Below are positions 34,743 through 44,284 of a stretch of 56,247 nucleotides of DNA, piece by piece. The notes below the pieces were generated by a model. That model saw only the letters and a program-made list of their open reading frames with translations. It searched no databases and was not told the origin of the DNA. Origin of the DNA: a virus (taxonomy: Duplodnaviria > Caudoviricetes); the IMG/VR virus record IMGVR_UViG_3300049427_000022, positions 1 to 56,247 of that record. One strand, written 5' to 3'. The position numbers and the translations under genes were made by a program. Every line of letters starts with the position of its first letter. The stretch's first letter is position 1.

Positions 34743-34754
34743 ACAGCGCGCCCC

Positions 34755-35372
34755 CTATTCCAGTACGCTACCCGCAGCGCGGGCCGTTACTTCGCCCGGT
34801 CTTACCGGGTCGGGTTCTTTTTGTGCTGCGAAGTCTAACAGATATGAGGCAGATTCCGAACTAAGCAAGGTAAAAGGCGTTATAAGAGATTCGCAACGCG
34901 TCCCAGTTCCTGCTAGATAGGCCCCAAAGGCGGCACGAAGCGTATCTATTTCCATAGTGGCCAATGCGGGAGTATCACCTTTTCCGTCCCGCCCATTTAC
35001 GGTAAGCGGCATATAGAAAGTTGTACCGTTCCTTTCGGTAGCTAGGCCTTTTATGGTCGTCATACGGCCTAGAATATTTACGCCTGCTGCGAATTCCCAG
35101 GGGTTGGTGTCGTCCATGGCATAAGCAGGGTTCGGCTGCCCCATTAGCAGCAGTGGGTTATCATGTTCCCGCCATAATTTAATATATTGATAGTTTTCTT
35201 CACAGTTAATTTCTATGAATTCTTCGGTTACGTTGTTACTAAAGATACCGTCGTCGTGCAAGGTCTTAACTATGAATTCGTGCGCTTCCGCTAAGTCCTT
35301 AAAGCCCAGGTCGTCGCCTAGCGTTATTTCGTGCTTCGCGCCCAGGTTCGTTACTATTTCGGCCTTAATCAT
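34755..35372 (-). CDS. Hypothetical protein
   Basis: 205-aa ORF in operon. Confidence 0.65.
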   Translation of the reverse strand: MIKAEIVTNLGAKHEITLGDDLGFKDLAEAHEFIVKTLHDDGIFSNNVTEEFIEINCEENYQYIKLWREHDNPLLLMGQPNPAYAMDDTNPWEFAAGVNILGRMTTIKGLATERNGTTFYMPLTVNGRDGKGDTPALATMEIDTLRAAFGAYLAGTGTRCESLITPFTLLSSESASYLLDFAAQKEPDPVRPGEVTARAAGSVLE

Positions 35373-36087
35373 TTCGTTTTTTCCCCCATTCGATTACGTA
35401 TACTTTCTTCTTTTGCCTGCCCCATTCCAGGGCTTCGTCCAGGTCGGCTATATATAAGTCGATATGGTTACCGTTTACCGCGCCGCCCTTATCTTCTACC
35501 GTCCGTTCGCCTACGTCTTCGATATAGACGCGCGTACCGACTGGCAATACGTTCAGATCGGCGGCAATCGTGCGGCCTTCCTTTACGGTAGTGCCGCTGT
35601 ATGTGATTCCGTAGCCTTCCTGGCCGGGCTTCTTCTGCGTCGATTCGTACCCGGCAGTATAGGCCGTTATAGTAAAACTTCCCCGATAATCAGCCCCAGC
35701 AGTAGGCCCGTTAGAAGATAAAACAGGCTTCGAAGTTTCGCCTGGTGCTTCGTTTTTCCCAGCAGCTGCCGGGCTGCTATCCAGTATTCCAGGTTCGCCT
35801 GGCTTACCTTCTTTTCTGCTTCCCAGGCTGCCCGATACTTCCGGGCTTGGTCGGTTAAATAGTTCGCTTCCGCTTTGTCTATGTCTTCCCCAGTTATATA
35901 GCTTTTCATAGGCCGCGCCCCTTCCCTTCGTTTGTACGTCTGCTGCGATTCCTTGCGCTGGGCTTCCCGTTGTCTGCGTTCGTATCCCTTCCCCCAGCCT
36001 GTCTGCTTCTTTGCCATGCGCCCCAGCCCCTAGCAATAAGGTTAAAAGCAGCGCCGCCGAAGCGGCTACTGCCCTGCGTTTATTCAA
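35365..36087 (-). CDS. Secreted 3D-domain (MltA-like) cell-wall protein
   Basis: Signal peptide MNKRRAVAASAALLLTLLLGAGAHG; ITAYT...IAAD...EDKGGAV..NHIDLY. Confidence 0.88.
   Translation of the reverse strand: MNKRRAVAASAALLLTLLLGAGAHGKEADRLGEGIRTQTTGSPAQGIAADVQTKGRGAAYEKLYNWGRHRQSGSELFNRPSPEVSGSLGSRKEGKPGEPGILDSSPAAAGKNEAPGETSKPVLSSNGPTAGADYRGSFTITAYTAGYESTQKKPGQEGYGITYSGTTVKEGRTIAADLNVLPVGTRVYIEDVGERTVEDKGGAVNGNHIDLYIADLDEALEWGRQKKKVYVIEWGKKRND
35667..36017 (-). CDS. Nested out-of-frame ORF with C-terminal TM helix (alternative start at 35909)
   Basis: G-rich RBS before both ATGs; helical body; LFYLLTGLLLGLIIGEVLL terminus. Confidence 0.55.
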   Translation of the reverse strand: MAKKQTGWGKGYERRQREAQRKESQQTYKRREGARPMKSYITGEDIDKAEANYLTDQARKYRAAWEAEKKVSQANLEYWIAARQLLGKTKHQAKLRSLFYLLTGLLLGLIIGEVLL

Positions 36088-36863
36088 AAAGGAAGTCCAG
36101 TCATTTCTTCATATAGTAGGTCGCGCAGCTGCGCTTCGTCGGGGCCTATCAGTCCTTCGATCTTCTCCAGGTAATGCAGCCAGCCGTCGGCGTTAATATG
36201 GGTAGCCTGTAGGGAAAAGCTGAATCTGTTTAAGTAATCCAGCGGGTCGTGGTCTACCTGGGGCGCTGTTAAGTGCCTAAACATGCTGTACTGTACGGTA
36301 TAGTTAAAGAGGTCTACGACGCTATCTCGTACGCCTTCGCCCTTTACCGAAAGTTCGCCCCGCTTAATCCAGGTACGGCAGCGGTCTAGCTTCTTTTCGA
36401 CTTCCCAGGCCCATATCGTCCGGGCTGCTTCATAGCCCCGGCTTTCGTTGTAATGAATTAAGGCCCGCATAAAACGGCTATCGTAGTCGGTGTTCTTCGC
36501 TACGAAGACGTCCGTAGCTTCATCTAAAAATGCTGACCAAGTGCGAACAGTCGGGGCTGGTTCGTGAATTGTTAGGCCTAATATTTCGGCTATGTGCCGT
36601 TCTAGCTGCGCACCCTTGGAATTTTTCCAGCCGGGCAGCAGGGCTACAATGTCGGCTTGCAAAAGCTGAAAAAGCCCTGCCCTTATAAAATTGGCGTACG
36701 TTTGGTTCCCGCTATTGTCGTCGTTATCCGCTGGGTTTAGCGTGTAATAGCCTTTAGCTTCCCAATCAGCTGCGGCTTTGTTGAAAGCGGGGTAGTTACT
36801 TTCAGGAATCCCGGTCATTGGCCCCGCAATGTACACTTTGCTCATTACTGACTTATTCGTCAT
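36084..36863 (-). CDS. DUF4406-like (NDT fold) domain fused to a DUF1599/MazG-like helical domain
   Basis: KVYIAGPMTG..NYPAF...LNPA...LPGW.NSKGA.LE; KNTDY...KLDR...DSVVDLFNY. Confidence 0.75.
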   Translation of the reverse strand: MTNKSVMSKVYIAGPMTGIPESNYPAFNKAAADWEAKGYYTLNPADNDDNSGNQTYANFIRAGLFQLLQADIVALLPGWKNSKGAQLERHIAEILGLTIHEPAPTVRTWSAFLDEATDVFVAKNTDYDSRFMRALIHYNESRGYEAARTIWAWEVEKKLDRCRTWIKRGELSVKGEGVRDSVVDLFNYTVQYSMFRHLTAPQVDHDPLDYLNRFSFSLQATHINADGWLHYLEKIEGLIGPDEAQLRDLLYEEMTGLPF

Positions 36864-37191
36864 CTAAAAAAGCCCCTTTCTTATTCGAATCTGCTGCCCG
36901 GCGCATAGCACGGTTAAGCTTCACTTTGTACATATTGTTCATTGCATGTGCTTTTACAGCGTCCGGGCTATGGTTAAAATCCAGTTCCTGCAATATGAGC
37001 AGTTTTTCCTTTATACGGGCTACTCGTTTGTCGCCTAATCCATAAACCAGGGCTACCGCTTCTAACGCATGTTCAACACCTAGCCCATAACTCGCGTTGT
37101 TCATAGCGACGACTTCCGACGGGGCAAAGGCTTTACGAGAATCGAAGGCCGCCCCCTTGCGTTCGAATTCCTTACGTTGTTGTCGGTTCAC
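36853..37191 (-). CDS. Hypothetical protein
   Basis: MNRQQRK start; operon coupling. Confidence 0.6.
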   Translation of the reverse strand: MNRQQRKEFERKGAAFDSRKAFAPSEVVAMNNASYGLGVEHALEAVALVYGLGDKRVARIKEKLLILQELDFNHSPDAVKAHAMNNMYKVKLNRAMRRAADSNKKGAFLDDE

Positions 37192-37468
37192 GCTGTAGCC
37201 CCTTTCGTATGCTTAACTCATTCATAATGCGTTGGGCTACTGGCCCCATGCCTGAAAGCTGTCGCGCGCCTGGTAGCGGATTTACTACCCCGGTACGCTT
37301 GTCCTTTCGATGCGGGCTTACAACCCAGGCAATGCCACCGCATTGTTCCGATATAATGCCGACTATCTGGCCCGGTTTGTTATATTGCTGACTCTGTGCA
37401 GTTTCGGGGGCATACTTTGCCGCGTATGTCCCGTTTTGCCCGAAACTGCCTTCATATTCATGTGCCAT
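37172..37468 (-). CDS. Hypothetical protein
   Basis: Directly follows the polymerase gene. Confidence 0.6.
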   Translation of the reverse strand: MAHEYEGSFGQNGTYAAKYAPETAQSQQYNKPGQIVGIISEQCGGIAWVVSPHRKDKRTGVVNPLPGARQLSGMGPVAQRIMNELSIRKGLQREPTTT

Positions 37469-40063
37469 TTATGAAGCCCCTTTCCGCGCTGCGCGCTTTT
37501 CTTCCAGCCATTTTTCGACGCTCATTTTCTTGCCCCAGGCGTAGCCTACCGAAGCTTCCGCTTCAATCGGTACCGGGAAGCCCTCTATAGGCGGCTTCGT
37601 CATGGTGGCTTGTACCCAATGCCAAGCGGCTTCTACTACGTCCGGGTCGTCGTCCATTTCGAAAATCATCTCATCGTGTATTTGGGCTTCCATATCCGTT
37701 TTGCCGTGTACCAGGATTGGGGGCGCTTCGCCTAGGTCGTGGGCCAGCTGCGCCGGATTTATGCCCAGTTCGTCAGCGTCGAATGCCAGGTTAGTACCGC
37801 GCCCGGTTTCTTCGTAGACTTCGTTCTGCGCCTTCTTCATAACGTCGGCTGCGGTTCCCTGGATAGGCGTATTTGCGGCCTGGCGGGCTGCCGATTGCCT
37901 GTAATATGTGTTCGTGCTGTTAATTTCGGGAAGCAGTCGAATATAGCCGTAGATCGTGCTTACGAATCCGTCTTCGCGGGCTTGCAGCGCGATTTCTTGC
38001 TGGAATACCGGGACGCCTGGGTAAGCTTTCTTCGTACCGTCTACCATTACCGCACATTCGGCCAGAGTCTTACGTTGACCGTAATCCGTCTTAATGGTTT
38101 TTTGTAGTGCGTGTTCCGTACCGCCATAGGCCATACCGAAGTTCGCAGGCTTCGCGTCCGTCCGTTCCTGCTTCGTTACTTCGCTTTCTGGCTTATTCGT
38201 AATGGCAGCGCCTGTCTTTCTGTGCATATCGCCGCCAGTACAGAAAATTTCTATCATGACTTTATCGCCCGACTTCCAGGCTAAGATTCTAAGTTCGAAG
38301 CCGCTAAAGTCGATAAAGAATAAGATTTTGCCCGGCCCGGCTACGTAGAAGTTCCTTACGCCCAGTTCGTCGTTTTCCAGGCGCGGTACGTTCTGCCCGT
38401 TCGGCTTCATACTGTTTAGGCGGCTGGTATCCGTCCAGGGCGTATAACTCGCGTGAATTTTCCCGGTTACTGGGTTCTGCCATTTCTCCCTGCCGTCAAC
38501 ATGGGAAGAAAGCAAGGTATTCATTTTTTGATACCGCCCCATTAGTTCAAGCATTCGCAAGCCTACGTCTTTAAATGGATGCGGGGGCCGATTTCGTAGA
38601 TCAATTGCTGCGCGCTGGTCTTTACCTAAGTCGTACCATTCGGGGCTATCTTGCTTGTAAGACTCCCAGCCTTCGGGTAGTTCGACAGACAATAACTTTT
38701 CTTCTGCCAGTTCTTCCAGGTTGTTTTCCAACATGAATTTAATATCTATTAAGGCTTCTTCGTCTAGCGATATGCCGCCTTTATCGGTGGGCTTTCCTTT
38801 TGGTAATTTCATCATGTTAAATAGCACATACTTAACACTGTTCGTTTTCCCTGTCTTTCCTAATGAAATTTCCATCCCTACGGATTCTTTCGAAAGTTGG
38901 TTAATTTCGTTAGCGGCTTCTGCTTGAATAGACCAGGCTTCTTCTCGCTTCATTTGTGCCAGGTGATTATCCCAGCCCATGCCGTTATATTCCATAAGGC
39001 CGATAACCCTAGAAAACGGCATTTCGATTTCGTGCAGCCATGTATCGTAATTCGTTCCCTGTCGGTCGTCCTTAATCTGTACGGCCACCTGTTTCCAGTA
39101 AAGGTAATGTTGTAGGCCGTAGTCGGCGTCTTCTGCGGAATATACCAGGCCGTCGCCGCTGTCTGCTGCGATTTCGTCAAAGAAGTCTACGCTGTACTTC
39201 GCCAGCAATTCTTTAAATTCGCTCATGTTTACGCCGAAAATCGCTTTAGTAGCTGGCTTCAAGCCCCATCCAGTCGCGGGTTTCTTCTGATCGTTTAAGC
39301 GCTTCGAGTCGGCGACTTGCAGGCAGCGTACCCACATTACCAGCGGGTCGGCGACTGGCAGAAGAATGTACTTACCGTACTTTGCAGCGAATTTAGTTTC
39401 GAAAGAAAGATTTACTGCTATCTTTACTACTTTACGATTACGGAATATAAGACGGTCTAGAGTATCCATAACCAGCCTCCGGGCTTCTTCACGGCTTAAC
39501 GTCGGTTCAAATACCCGGCCTGCCTTATGGTCAATCGGTACGACGCGCGATTCATGTGGCGCAGCGGCTAGGGATACGGTACAAACTTCGCCCCGGTGAG
39601 GGTCTAGCGGCGTCAATAGATATTCTTCGCGCGCTGCCGCCAGCTGCGCTTCGTACTCTTTCTTTAGCGCGGCTCTTTCTTTAGCGTCGTTTTCATCCAT
39701 TGGGAAGCCGTCCAGGTTCGCTATTTTCTTTTCTACTTCTGCCTTATAAGCAGCGAAAGCTTCGCGGGCCGCTTTACTTGCTGCGGTTTCCCAGTCGAAG
39801 CTGCATAAGCCTAGGGCTTCGCAACGGTCTGCGTAGGCTTCTAGTTCGGCCTGTGTCAGTATCGGTTTGTAGTCCTTTATTTGCTGCTGCGGTATCGTCG
39901 GCCAAACTATCCCGAAGTCGCCGGGGCGTTTCTTAGGCGCTATTGCTCTAGCCAGGGCCGCCCCAGGTACGGGCAGCGGCTGGCTAGGATCGGCAGGCTT
40001 TGCGGGCAAGGCTTTCGCCAGGGTTTTCTGTGGCATGTTTCCAAAAAGGCCGCCTAGTTTCAC
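37469..40063 (-). CDS. Family A DNA polymerase with 3'-5' exonuclease domain
   Basis: DWET (ExoI), DFSGFELR (A), K..NFGMAYG (B), IHDE (C); likely GTG start at 40063. Confidence 0.93.
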   Translation of the reverse strand: MKLGGLFGNMPQKTLAKALPAKPADPSQPLPVPGAALARAIAPKKRPGDFGIVWPTIPQQQIKDYKPILTQAELEAYADRCEALGLCSFDWETAASKAAREAFAAYKAEVEKKIANLDGFPMDENDAKERAALKKEYEAQLAAAREEYLLTPLDPHRGEVCTVSLAAAPHESRVVPIDHKAGRVFEPTLSREEARRLVMDTLDRLIFRNRKVVKIAVNLSFETKFAAKYGKYILLPVADPLVMWVRCLQVADSKRLNDQKKPATGWGLKPATKAIFGVNMSEFKELLAKYSVDFFDEIAADSGDGLVYSAEDADYGLQHYLYWKQVAVQIKDDRQGTNYDTWLHEIEMPFSRVIGLMEYNGMGWDNHLAQMKREEAWSIQAEAANEINQLSKESVGMEISLGKTGKTNSVKYVLFNMMKLPKGKPTDKGGISLDEEALIDIKFMLENNLEELAEEKLLSVELPEGWESYKQDSPEWYDLGKDQRAAIDLRNRPPHPFKDVGLRMLELMGRYQKMNTLLSSHVDGREKWQNPVTGKIHASYTPWTDTSRLNSMKPNGQNVPRLENDELGVRNFYVAGPGKILFFIDFSGFELRILAWKSGDKVMIEIFCTGGDMHRKTGAAITNKPESEVTKQERTDAKPANFGMAYGGTEHALQKTIKTDYGQRKTLAECAVMVDGTKKAYPGVPVFQQEIALQAREDGFVSTIYGYIRLLPEINSTNTYYRQSAARQAANTPIQGTAADVMKKAQNEVYEETGRGTNLAFDADELGINPAQLAHDLGEAPPILVHGKTDMEAQIHDEMIFEMDDDPDVVEAAWHWVQATMTKPPIEGFPVPIEAEASVGYAWGKKMSVEKWLEEKRAARKGAS

Positions 40064-40087
40064 TGTGGATAACACCTACTTTTATTT

Positions 40088-40105
40088 TGTTATTTACAGA
40101 TAACG
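40088..40105. promoter_or_regulatory. Repressor-operator-like palindrome
   Basis: TGTTATTTACAGATAACG. Confidence 0.7.
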
Positions 40106-40127
40106 ATATGAGTAAATTTTTTTCCTT

Positions 40128-40295
40128 TCATCGTGCTGTTCGGATTTTCGTCACTTCAAACATCCTTAAACTGTGATCATCGCGAACCTTATTAACCGCC
40201 CTACAAATTGCCGCGCTTCTTTTTAATCCGGGGAATTCATATTGTTTGGTTGTCTTCCCGGAAACCGAATCTTCAAGTATGATGATCACTTTCAT
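40128..40295 (-). CDS. 55-aa hypothetical protein
   Basis: Hand translation MKVIIILEDSVSGKTTKQYEF...; GGAGG RBS. Confidence 0.55.
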   Translation of the reverse strand: MKVIIILEDSVSGKTTKQYEFPGLKRSAAICRAVNKVRDDHSLRMFEVTKIRTAR

Positions 40296-40334
40296 ATGCA
40301 AATCCCTCCAAGTTCCTCAATAATCAATCGTTGT

Positions 40335-40487
40335 TCATCCCTCGTAGGGCTTAAAATCCTCACCGACCAGCTTGCACAGTTCTTCAAGCGCAGCATCATA
40401 ACCGTAGTGAAGCGAGACGATCCGTTCCCCGTTTTGCTCCCGTTGCCAGTACAGATTATCAATTACCTTTTTGATTTTTTCGTCCAT
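40335..40487 (-). CDS. 50-aa hypothetical protein
   Basis: Hand translation MDEKIKKVIDNLYWQ...; GGAGG RBS. Confidence 0.55.
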   Translation of the reverse strand: MDEKIKKVIDNLYWQREQNGERIVSLHYGYDAALEELCKLVGEDFKPYEG

Positions 40488-40520
40488 AGTAATACCTCCC
40501 ATGTATTTGCGTATTCAGGA

Positions 40521-40760
40521 TTATTCCTGTTCGCTTCTGTATGCCTGAATGACCTTCTCGACAGCTGTTTCGTCATCGTCGCCATCCTCTATATGTCTAA
40601 CCATATCTATTGCATCCCCCGCACCGTCTTCGTAGCCAATCGTGTATGCTTCTAGTAGCAACTTCTCTACCTTGGCAATGGACATTGTTTTCGATACCCC
40701 GACCAATGTAACACCGCGCTTTCCTATAATTCTTTCAATGGTTGTTTTCATGAATTCCAA
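40521..40760 (-). CDS. Hypothetical protein
   Basis: ORF track; G-run RBS. Confidence 0.6.
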   Translation of the reverse strand: MEFMKTTIERIIGKRGVTLVGVSKTMSIAKVEKLLLEAYTIGYEDGAGDAIDMVRHIEDGDDDETAVEKVIQAYRSEQE

Positions 40761-40794
40761 TACCCCCCATGTTCTTGATTATTCATTCAGATAC

Positions 40795-40941
40795 TTAATC
40801 TTCGACTGTTGCCACTGCGGAAAACTCATTCGTTTTACCGTCATGTACCATTTGAAGGTTGTGAACGATATATCCTAAATCTTCTAAATATCGTTGAATC
40901 GCTTTTCCAATTGCTACTTCATCAATCCTTACTTTCTTCAT
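40795..40941 (-). CDS. 48-aa hypothetical protein
   Basis: Hand translation MKKVRIDEVAIGKAIQRYLEDLGY...; AGGCGG RBS. Confidence 0.5.
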   Translation of the reverse strand: MKKVRIDEVAIGKAIQRYLEDLGYIVHNLQMVHDGKTNEFSAVATVED

Positions 40942-40959
40942 CTCATGTACACCGCCTAT

Positions 40960-41136
40960 TCAATTTGTTACTTCGACAATAGCTTCATAAAGGTCGTTAA
41001 GACTTCTTACGTCACCCGTAGCCAACTTATTAGATAATTCATCTCAAAACTTTCTAATTACCTGAATATCTCTAGAACCTGAAATATTGCTCAACATCAT
41101 CCCAATCTCAGTATGAACCTTTTGAATTTTTTCCAT
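40960..41136 (-). pseudogene. Small ORF with an internal TGA
   Basis: MEKIQKVHTEIGMMLSNISGSRDIQVIRKF*DELSNKLATGDVRSLNDLYEAIVEVTN*. Confidence 0.45.
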
Positions 41137-41174
41137 TTCTCATACACGCTCCCTATTCATCCAGATACTTGATT

Positions 41175-44100
41175 TTAAATAAAATCGTCTTCCATATTAT
41201 CGAAAAGGCCTTCTTCGAATAGCTTGGCTATGAAGGCATTAAAGCGGGCCGTTTTCCGATAGCCCCCGCTGGTCTGCTGAATCATTCGCATATTAGCCAG
41301 TAGGGCTATGATAGCCTTACCTTCTTCCTTCTCTATTGCCAGCATAGCTTCGACGTCATTCTGCCGAAGGTACTGCTGCTGGGCAAATAGCTTAACGAAT
41401 TTGTAGTAGGCCTGGTCGCCTTTCAGCGTGGATAATTCCCGCAGCTTTTCGGTAATCTTGCCGTACTTTTCGGCGTCCAGTTCTTCTTCCCTTATAGCCA
41501 GCTTCGCGTAGTAGTTAAGACCGCAGCCTGGCGCGTTATACAAGCTTTTAAGGTATTCCCGGATAAAGTCTACATGTCCCGGCCATACGACAATTCTTTC
41601 GCCCGATTCGTCTACGCTGTGCGTCAATGCTGCCAATGCGACGGAAAGCCGGGCTATCTTATTACGCTGGTCAGAAGGCGATACCAGCGGTACGTCGCTG
41701 GCGTTTCCGTATATCTTCGACAATTCGGTAGCTACTTCCAGGATACGGTCTATCGTATCCGCGTTAAATATTACGTGTTCGGGCTTGCGTGACCAGGCGA
41801 ATAGGATGTTATTTTTAAGCGTTTCAGAATTTACGAAGCTGGGATACGTCGGCAGCTGCCGGGTATATTCTTCGGCGCTCACGTCGTTCATTCGCATAAA
41901 TACCGCGAAGTCAAAACGGCGAATGTCCTCATTATTGAAAATGTCCCGCAGCACTTCTACGCCCTGGCCGTAGCTTGCCAGCCTGCGGCCCTTCGGCGGG
42001 TTCCCGGATAGAATAGCGCGTACCCGGCATGGTGTTTCTGCGGTAACGGCCTTCTTAACTTCCAGCCGTCCGTCGCTGCGCGCCAGGGTCATTTCGCCGT
42101 AGTTCTCTTTTTCTATCCCGGTGTCTTCGTCAATCCATATTAGTTCTTTGTCCGAAAGCGGCCATACGCCCCATACGATATACCAGGCCCCGGCACTTCC
42201 GCTTTGCTCCATTTTGTACGTAAGCCCGGTACGGCTGGTACTTTCCGCGTTTACGCGATTCCCAAGCCCGGTAAACTTCCGTATGCCTTCGATAAGTTCA
42301 CTTTTCCCGGTTCCCGTGTCCCCGACTATTTTTAATTCCAGCCAGCCCCGAATCGGTAAGCTTGTCCAAGGTACATTAAAGCGTAGGACGCTATGGTAAG
42401 TAAGTAAAACGCCTAGCAGCGTTTCATCGCGTTCTACGATTTTCGTTACATTGTAAGTAAGATCGGCGCATATGGCCGCCAGCTTTTCTTCGATTGCCGC
42501 AGCTGTGTAGTTTGCCGGGCGCAGGGCTTCCATGCTTTCCTTTACGCCGTCGTCTAATGTGAAGCTGTCTACGACGTCCTGTAAAGGCTTCGCTTCCTTA
42601 ACCAGTATCGTAGCTTCCTGGTTCTTCGGATGCGGGAAAACATGGCCTGTTATTTCATAGTATTTATTTTCGGTTACGTCCGACTTACCGATAGAATAAG
42701 CCTTCCGCATTACGTAACGCCCCTTACCTTCTTCGGATTCTGTGCTACTTGAATCAGCCATAGGAATTACCAGCAGTTCTTCTACGTTCGTCGTTTCGCT
42801 TATTTCTGTATTGTACTTATTGCAGGCTGGGATACCCGATATAGTCCGAAGGATTCCAGTAATGTTGTCCTTCGCCGTCGCCGTCATTTCCAGCAGTTCC
42901 GGGTCGCCTATGCCTAAGTCCTTAAAAAGCGTATGGCTGGGAATATCGTAAAGCGGGCAATGCGTCTTTTTGCAATCCTTACGGCCCCAACAATAATATT
43001 CAATTTTCGAAGGTACGATATAAGGCGTATGCTTCTTCCCTGCTACCATTACCTGGGTCTTAACCAGCTTGCCATGCAGTTCAGCGTCGCCAGTATGCGC
43101 CAGGTGAAGGCTTACAGATTTGCTATCGTCGTTCGTTGCTTTTTTTAAGCAATGGCATAAGGCCCCCGCGCAGGCTACCCGGTCGTAGTCCTGGCTTCCT
43201 GGTATCTTTTCGCCATGAAGCGCCCGGATAAAGGCGCATCCAAACTTATAGCCATTTTCCTTATCGTAGACGGCTTCTACGACGCTGCGCGTATTGGCTA
43301 CCCGCTGTTCGGCGTCGTATTTGCTGCCTGCGCTTGTATGCTTACGTACCCATTCTTCCAGCAGCTTTAAGGCTTCTTCCTTCGGGTGGCCTGCTTCTTT
43401 GTAATAAGCCGCCAGTTGTACGGTCGCCTGGTTTCGGTCGCCTTCCTTCTTCCAACCGCCAGTTAAAATATCCGTAACACATACCGGGGGTCTATCCTTT
43501 CGGAAGTTGAATTCTTCAGCGAATTTTTTTACGGAAGTGGCAGCGGCTTCGCGCCATTCCTTTTCTTTATCCTCATAAAATAGGACGGCCTTCGGTCGCA
43601 TATCCCGCGCAGCTTTTCGCTGTGCAGGGTCTAAAACAGGATAAAGGCGGGGGCCGTTAGCCATGCCTTTAATTTCTTCTAGGGTCTTCGTTCGAAGTTC
43701 GTCTATGCTCAATTCAATTTTGAAAAGCTTTGTACCGCTGTGAATACTGTTAGGTAGCCGCAGCATACGCGAAGAAGTGTAAACTACCAGGTCTAAAGCA
43801 CGAAGGCCTAACCTATGTACCAGGTAGCCCGCGATATGTTTATAAACCTTATGCAATTCTGTACCCGGCTGAATGTCCAGGGCTTGAAAGTCTATTAAGA
43901 TATGGAATCCTTTGCTGCCCGAAAAATATAAATGAATATCGGTTTCCTGTATTTCCAGTTCGTTCATAAAAAAATCAATAAGCTTTACTGCGTCTGCCTG
44001 GCTTACTGCGGGGTCGCTCTTATAATCCAAGTCAAAATACAAAGGGGCGATAAAGCTTTCGCCCCGCGCCCCCCTGCTTTTGCTGGTATAGCGCTGTACG

Positions 44101-44255
44101 GTACAAAAGCAGTTGAAGTTATTGGCTTCTTCCTGCTGGTACTTCTTGACGCCTTCCGGGTATTCTACCCGCGTCCAGGGTACAGGCTGCCCGCTGTCGT
44201 TTGTATGCCAGGCGTCTACGAATTTATAGTCTGTTATCTGCGGTTCCCTTGCCAT
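41175..44255 (-). CDS. AEP primase - MCM-type helicase fusion (BcMCM-like)
   Basis: YFDLD, FSGSKGFH, RLPNS (AEP); VGDTGTGKS, GLT, IWIDE, SGNP, RRFD (MCM AAA+ motifs). Confidence 0.88.
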   Translation of the reverse strand: MAREPQITDYKFVDAWHTNDSGQPVPWTRVEYPEGVKKYQQEEANNFNCFCTVQRYTSKSRGARGESFIAPLYFDLDYKSDPAVSQADAVKLIDFFMNELEIQETDIHLYFSGSKGFHILIDFQALDIQPGTELHKVYKHIAGYLVHRLGLRALDLVVYTSSRMLRLPNSIHSGTKLFKIELSIDELRTKTLEEIKGMANGPRLYPVLDPAQRKAARDMRPKAVLFYEDKEKEWREAAATSVKKFAEEFNFRKDRPPVCVTDILTGGWKKEGDRNQATVQLAAYYKEAGHPKEEALKLLEEWVRKHTSAGSKYDAEQRVANTRSVVEAVYDKENGYKFGCAFIRALHGEKIPGSQDYDRVACAGALCHCLKKATNDDSKSVSLHLAHTGDAELHGKLVKTQVMVAGKKHTPYIVPSKIEYYCWGRKDCKKTHCPLYDIPSHTLFKDLGIGDPELLEMTATAKDNITGILRTISGIPACNKYNTEISETTNVEELLVIPMADSSSTESEEGKGRYVMRKAYSIGKSDVTENKYYEITGHVFPHPKNQEATILVKEAKPLQDVVDSFTLDDGVKESMEALRPANYTAAAIEEKLAAICADLTYNVTKIVERDETLLGVLLTYHSVLRFNVPWTSLPIRGWLELKIVGDTGTGKSELIEGIRKFTGLGNRVNAESTSRTGLTYKMEQSGSAGAWYIVWGVWPLSDKELIWIDEDTGIEKENYGEMTLARSDGRLEVKKAVTAETPCRVRAILSGNPPKGRRLASYGQGVEVLRDIFNNEDIRRFDFAVFMRMNDVSAEEYTRQLPTYPSFVNSETLKNNILFAWSRKPEHVIFNADTIDRILEVATELSKIYGNASDVPLVSPSDQRNKIARLSVALAALTHSVDESGERIVVWPGHVDFIREYLKSLYNAPGCGLNYYAKLAIREEELDAEKYGKITEKLRELSTLKGDQAYYKFVKLFAQQQYLRQNDVEAMLAIEKEEGKAIIALLANMRMIQQTSGGYRKTARFNAFIAKLFEEGLFDNMEDDFI

Positions 44256-44284
44256 GTAGACGCCCCTACCTTCTAATTAATTTT

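Noticed and set aside
37469-44255. Intein in the polymerase or MCM
   Set aside because: No recognisable splice-junction or LAGLIDADG motifs; insertions are short
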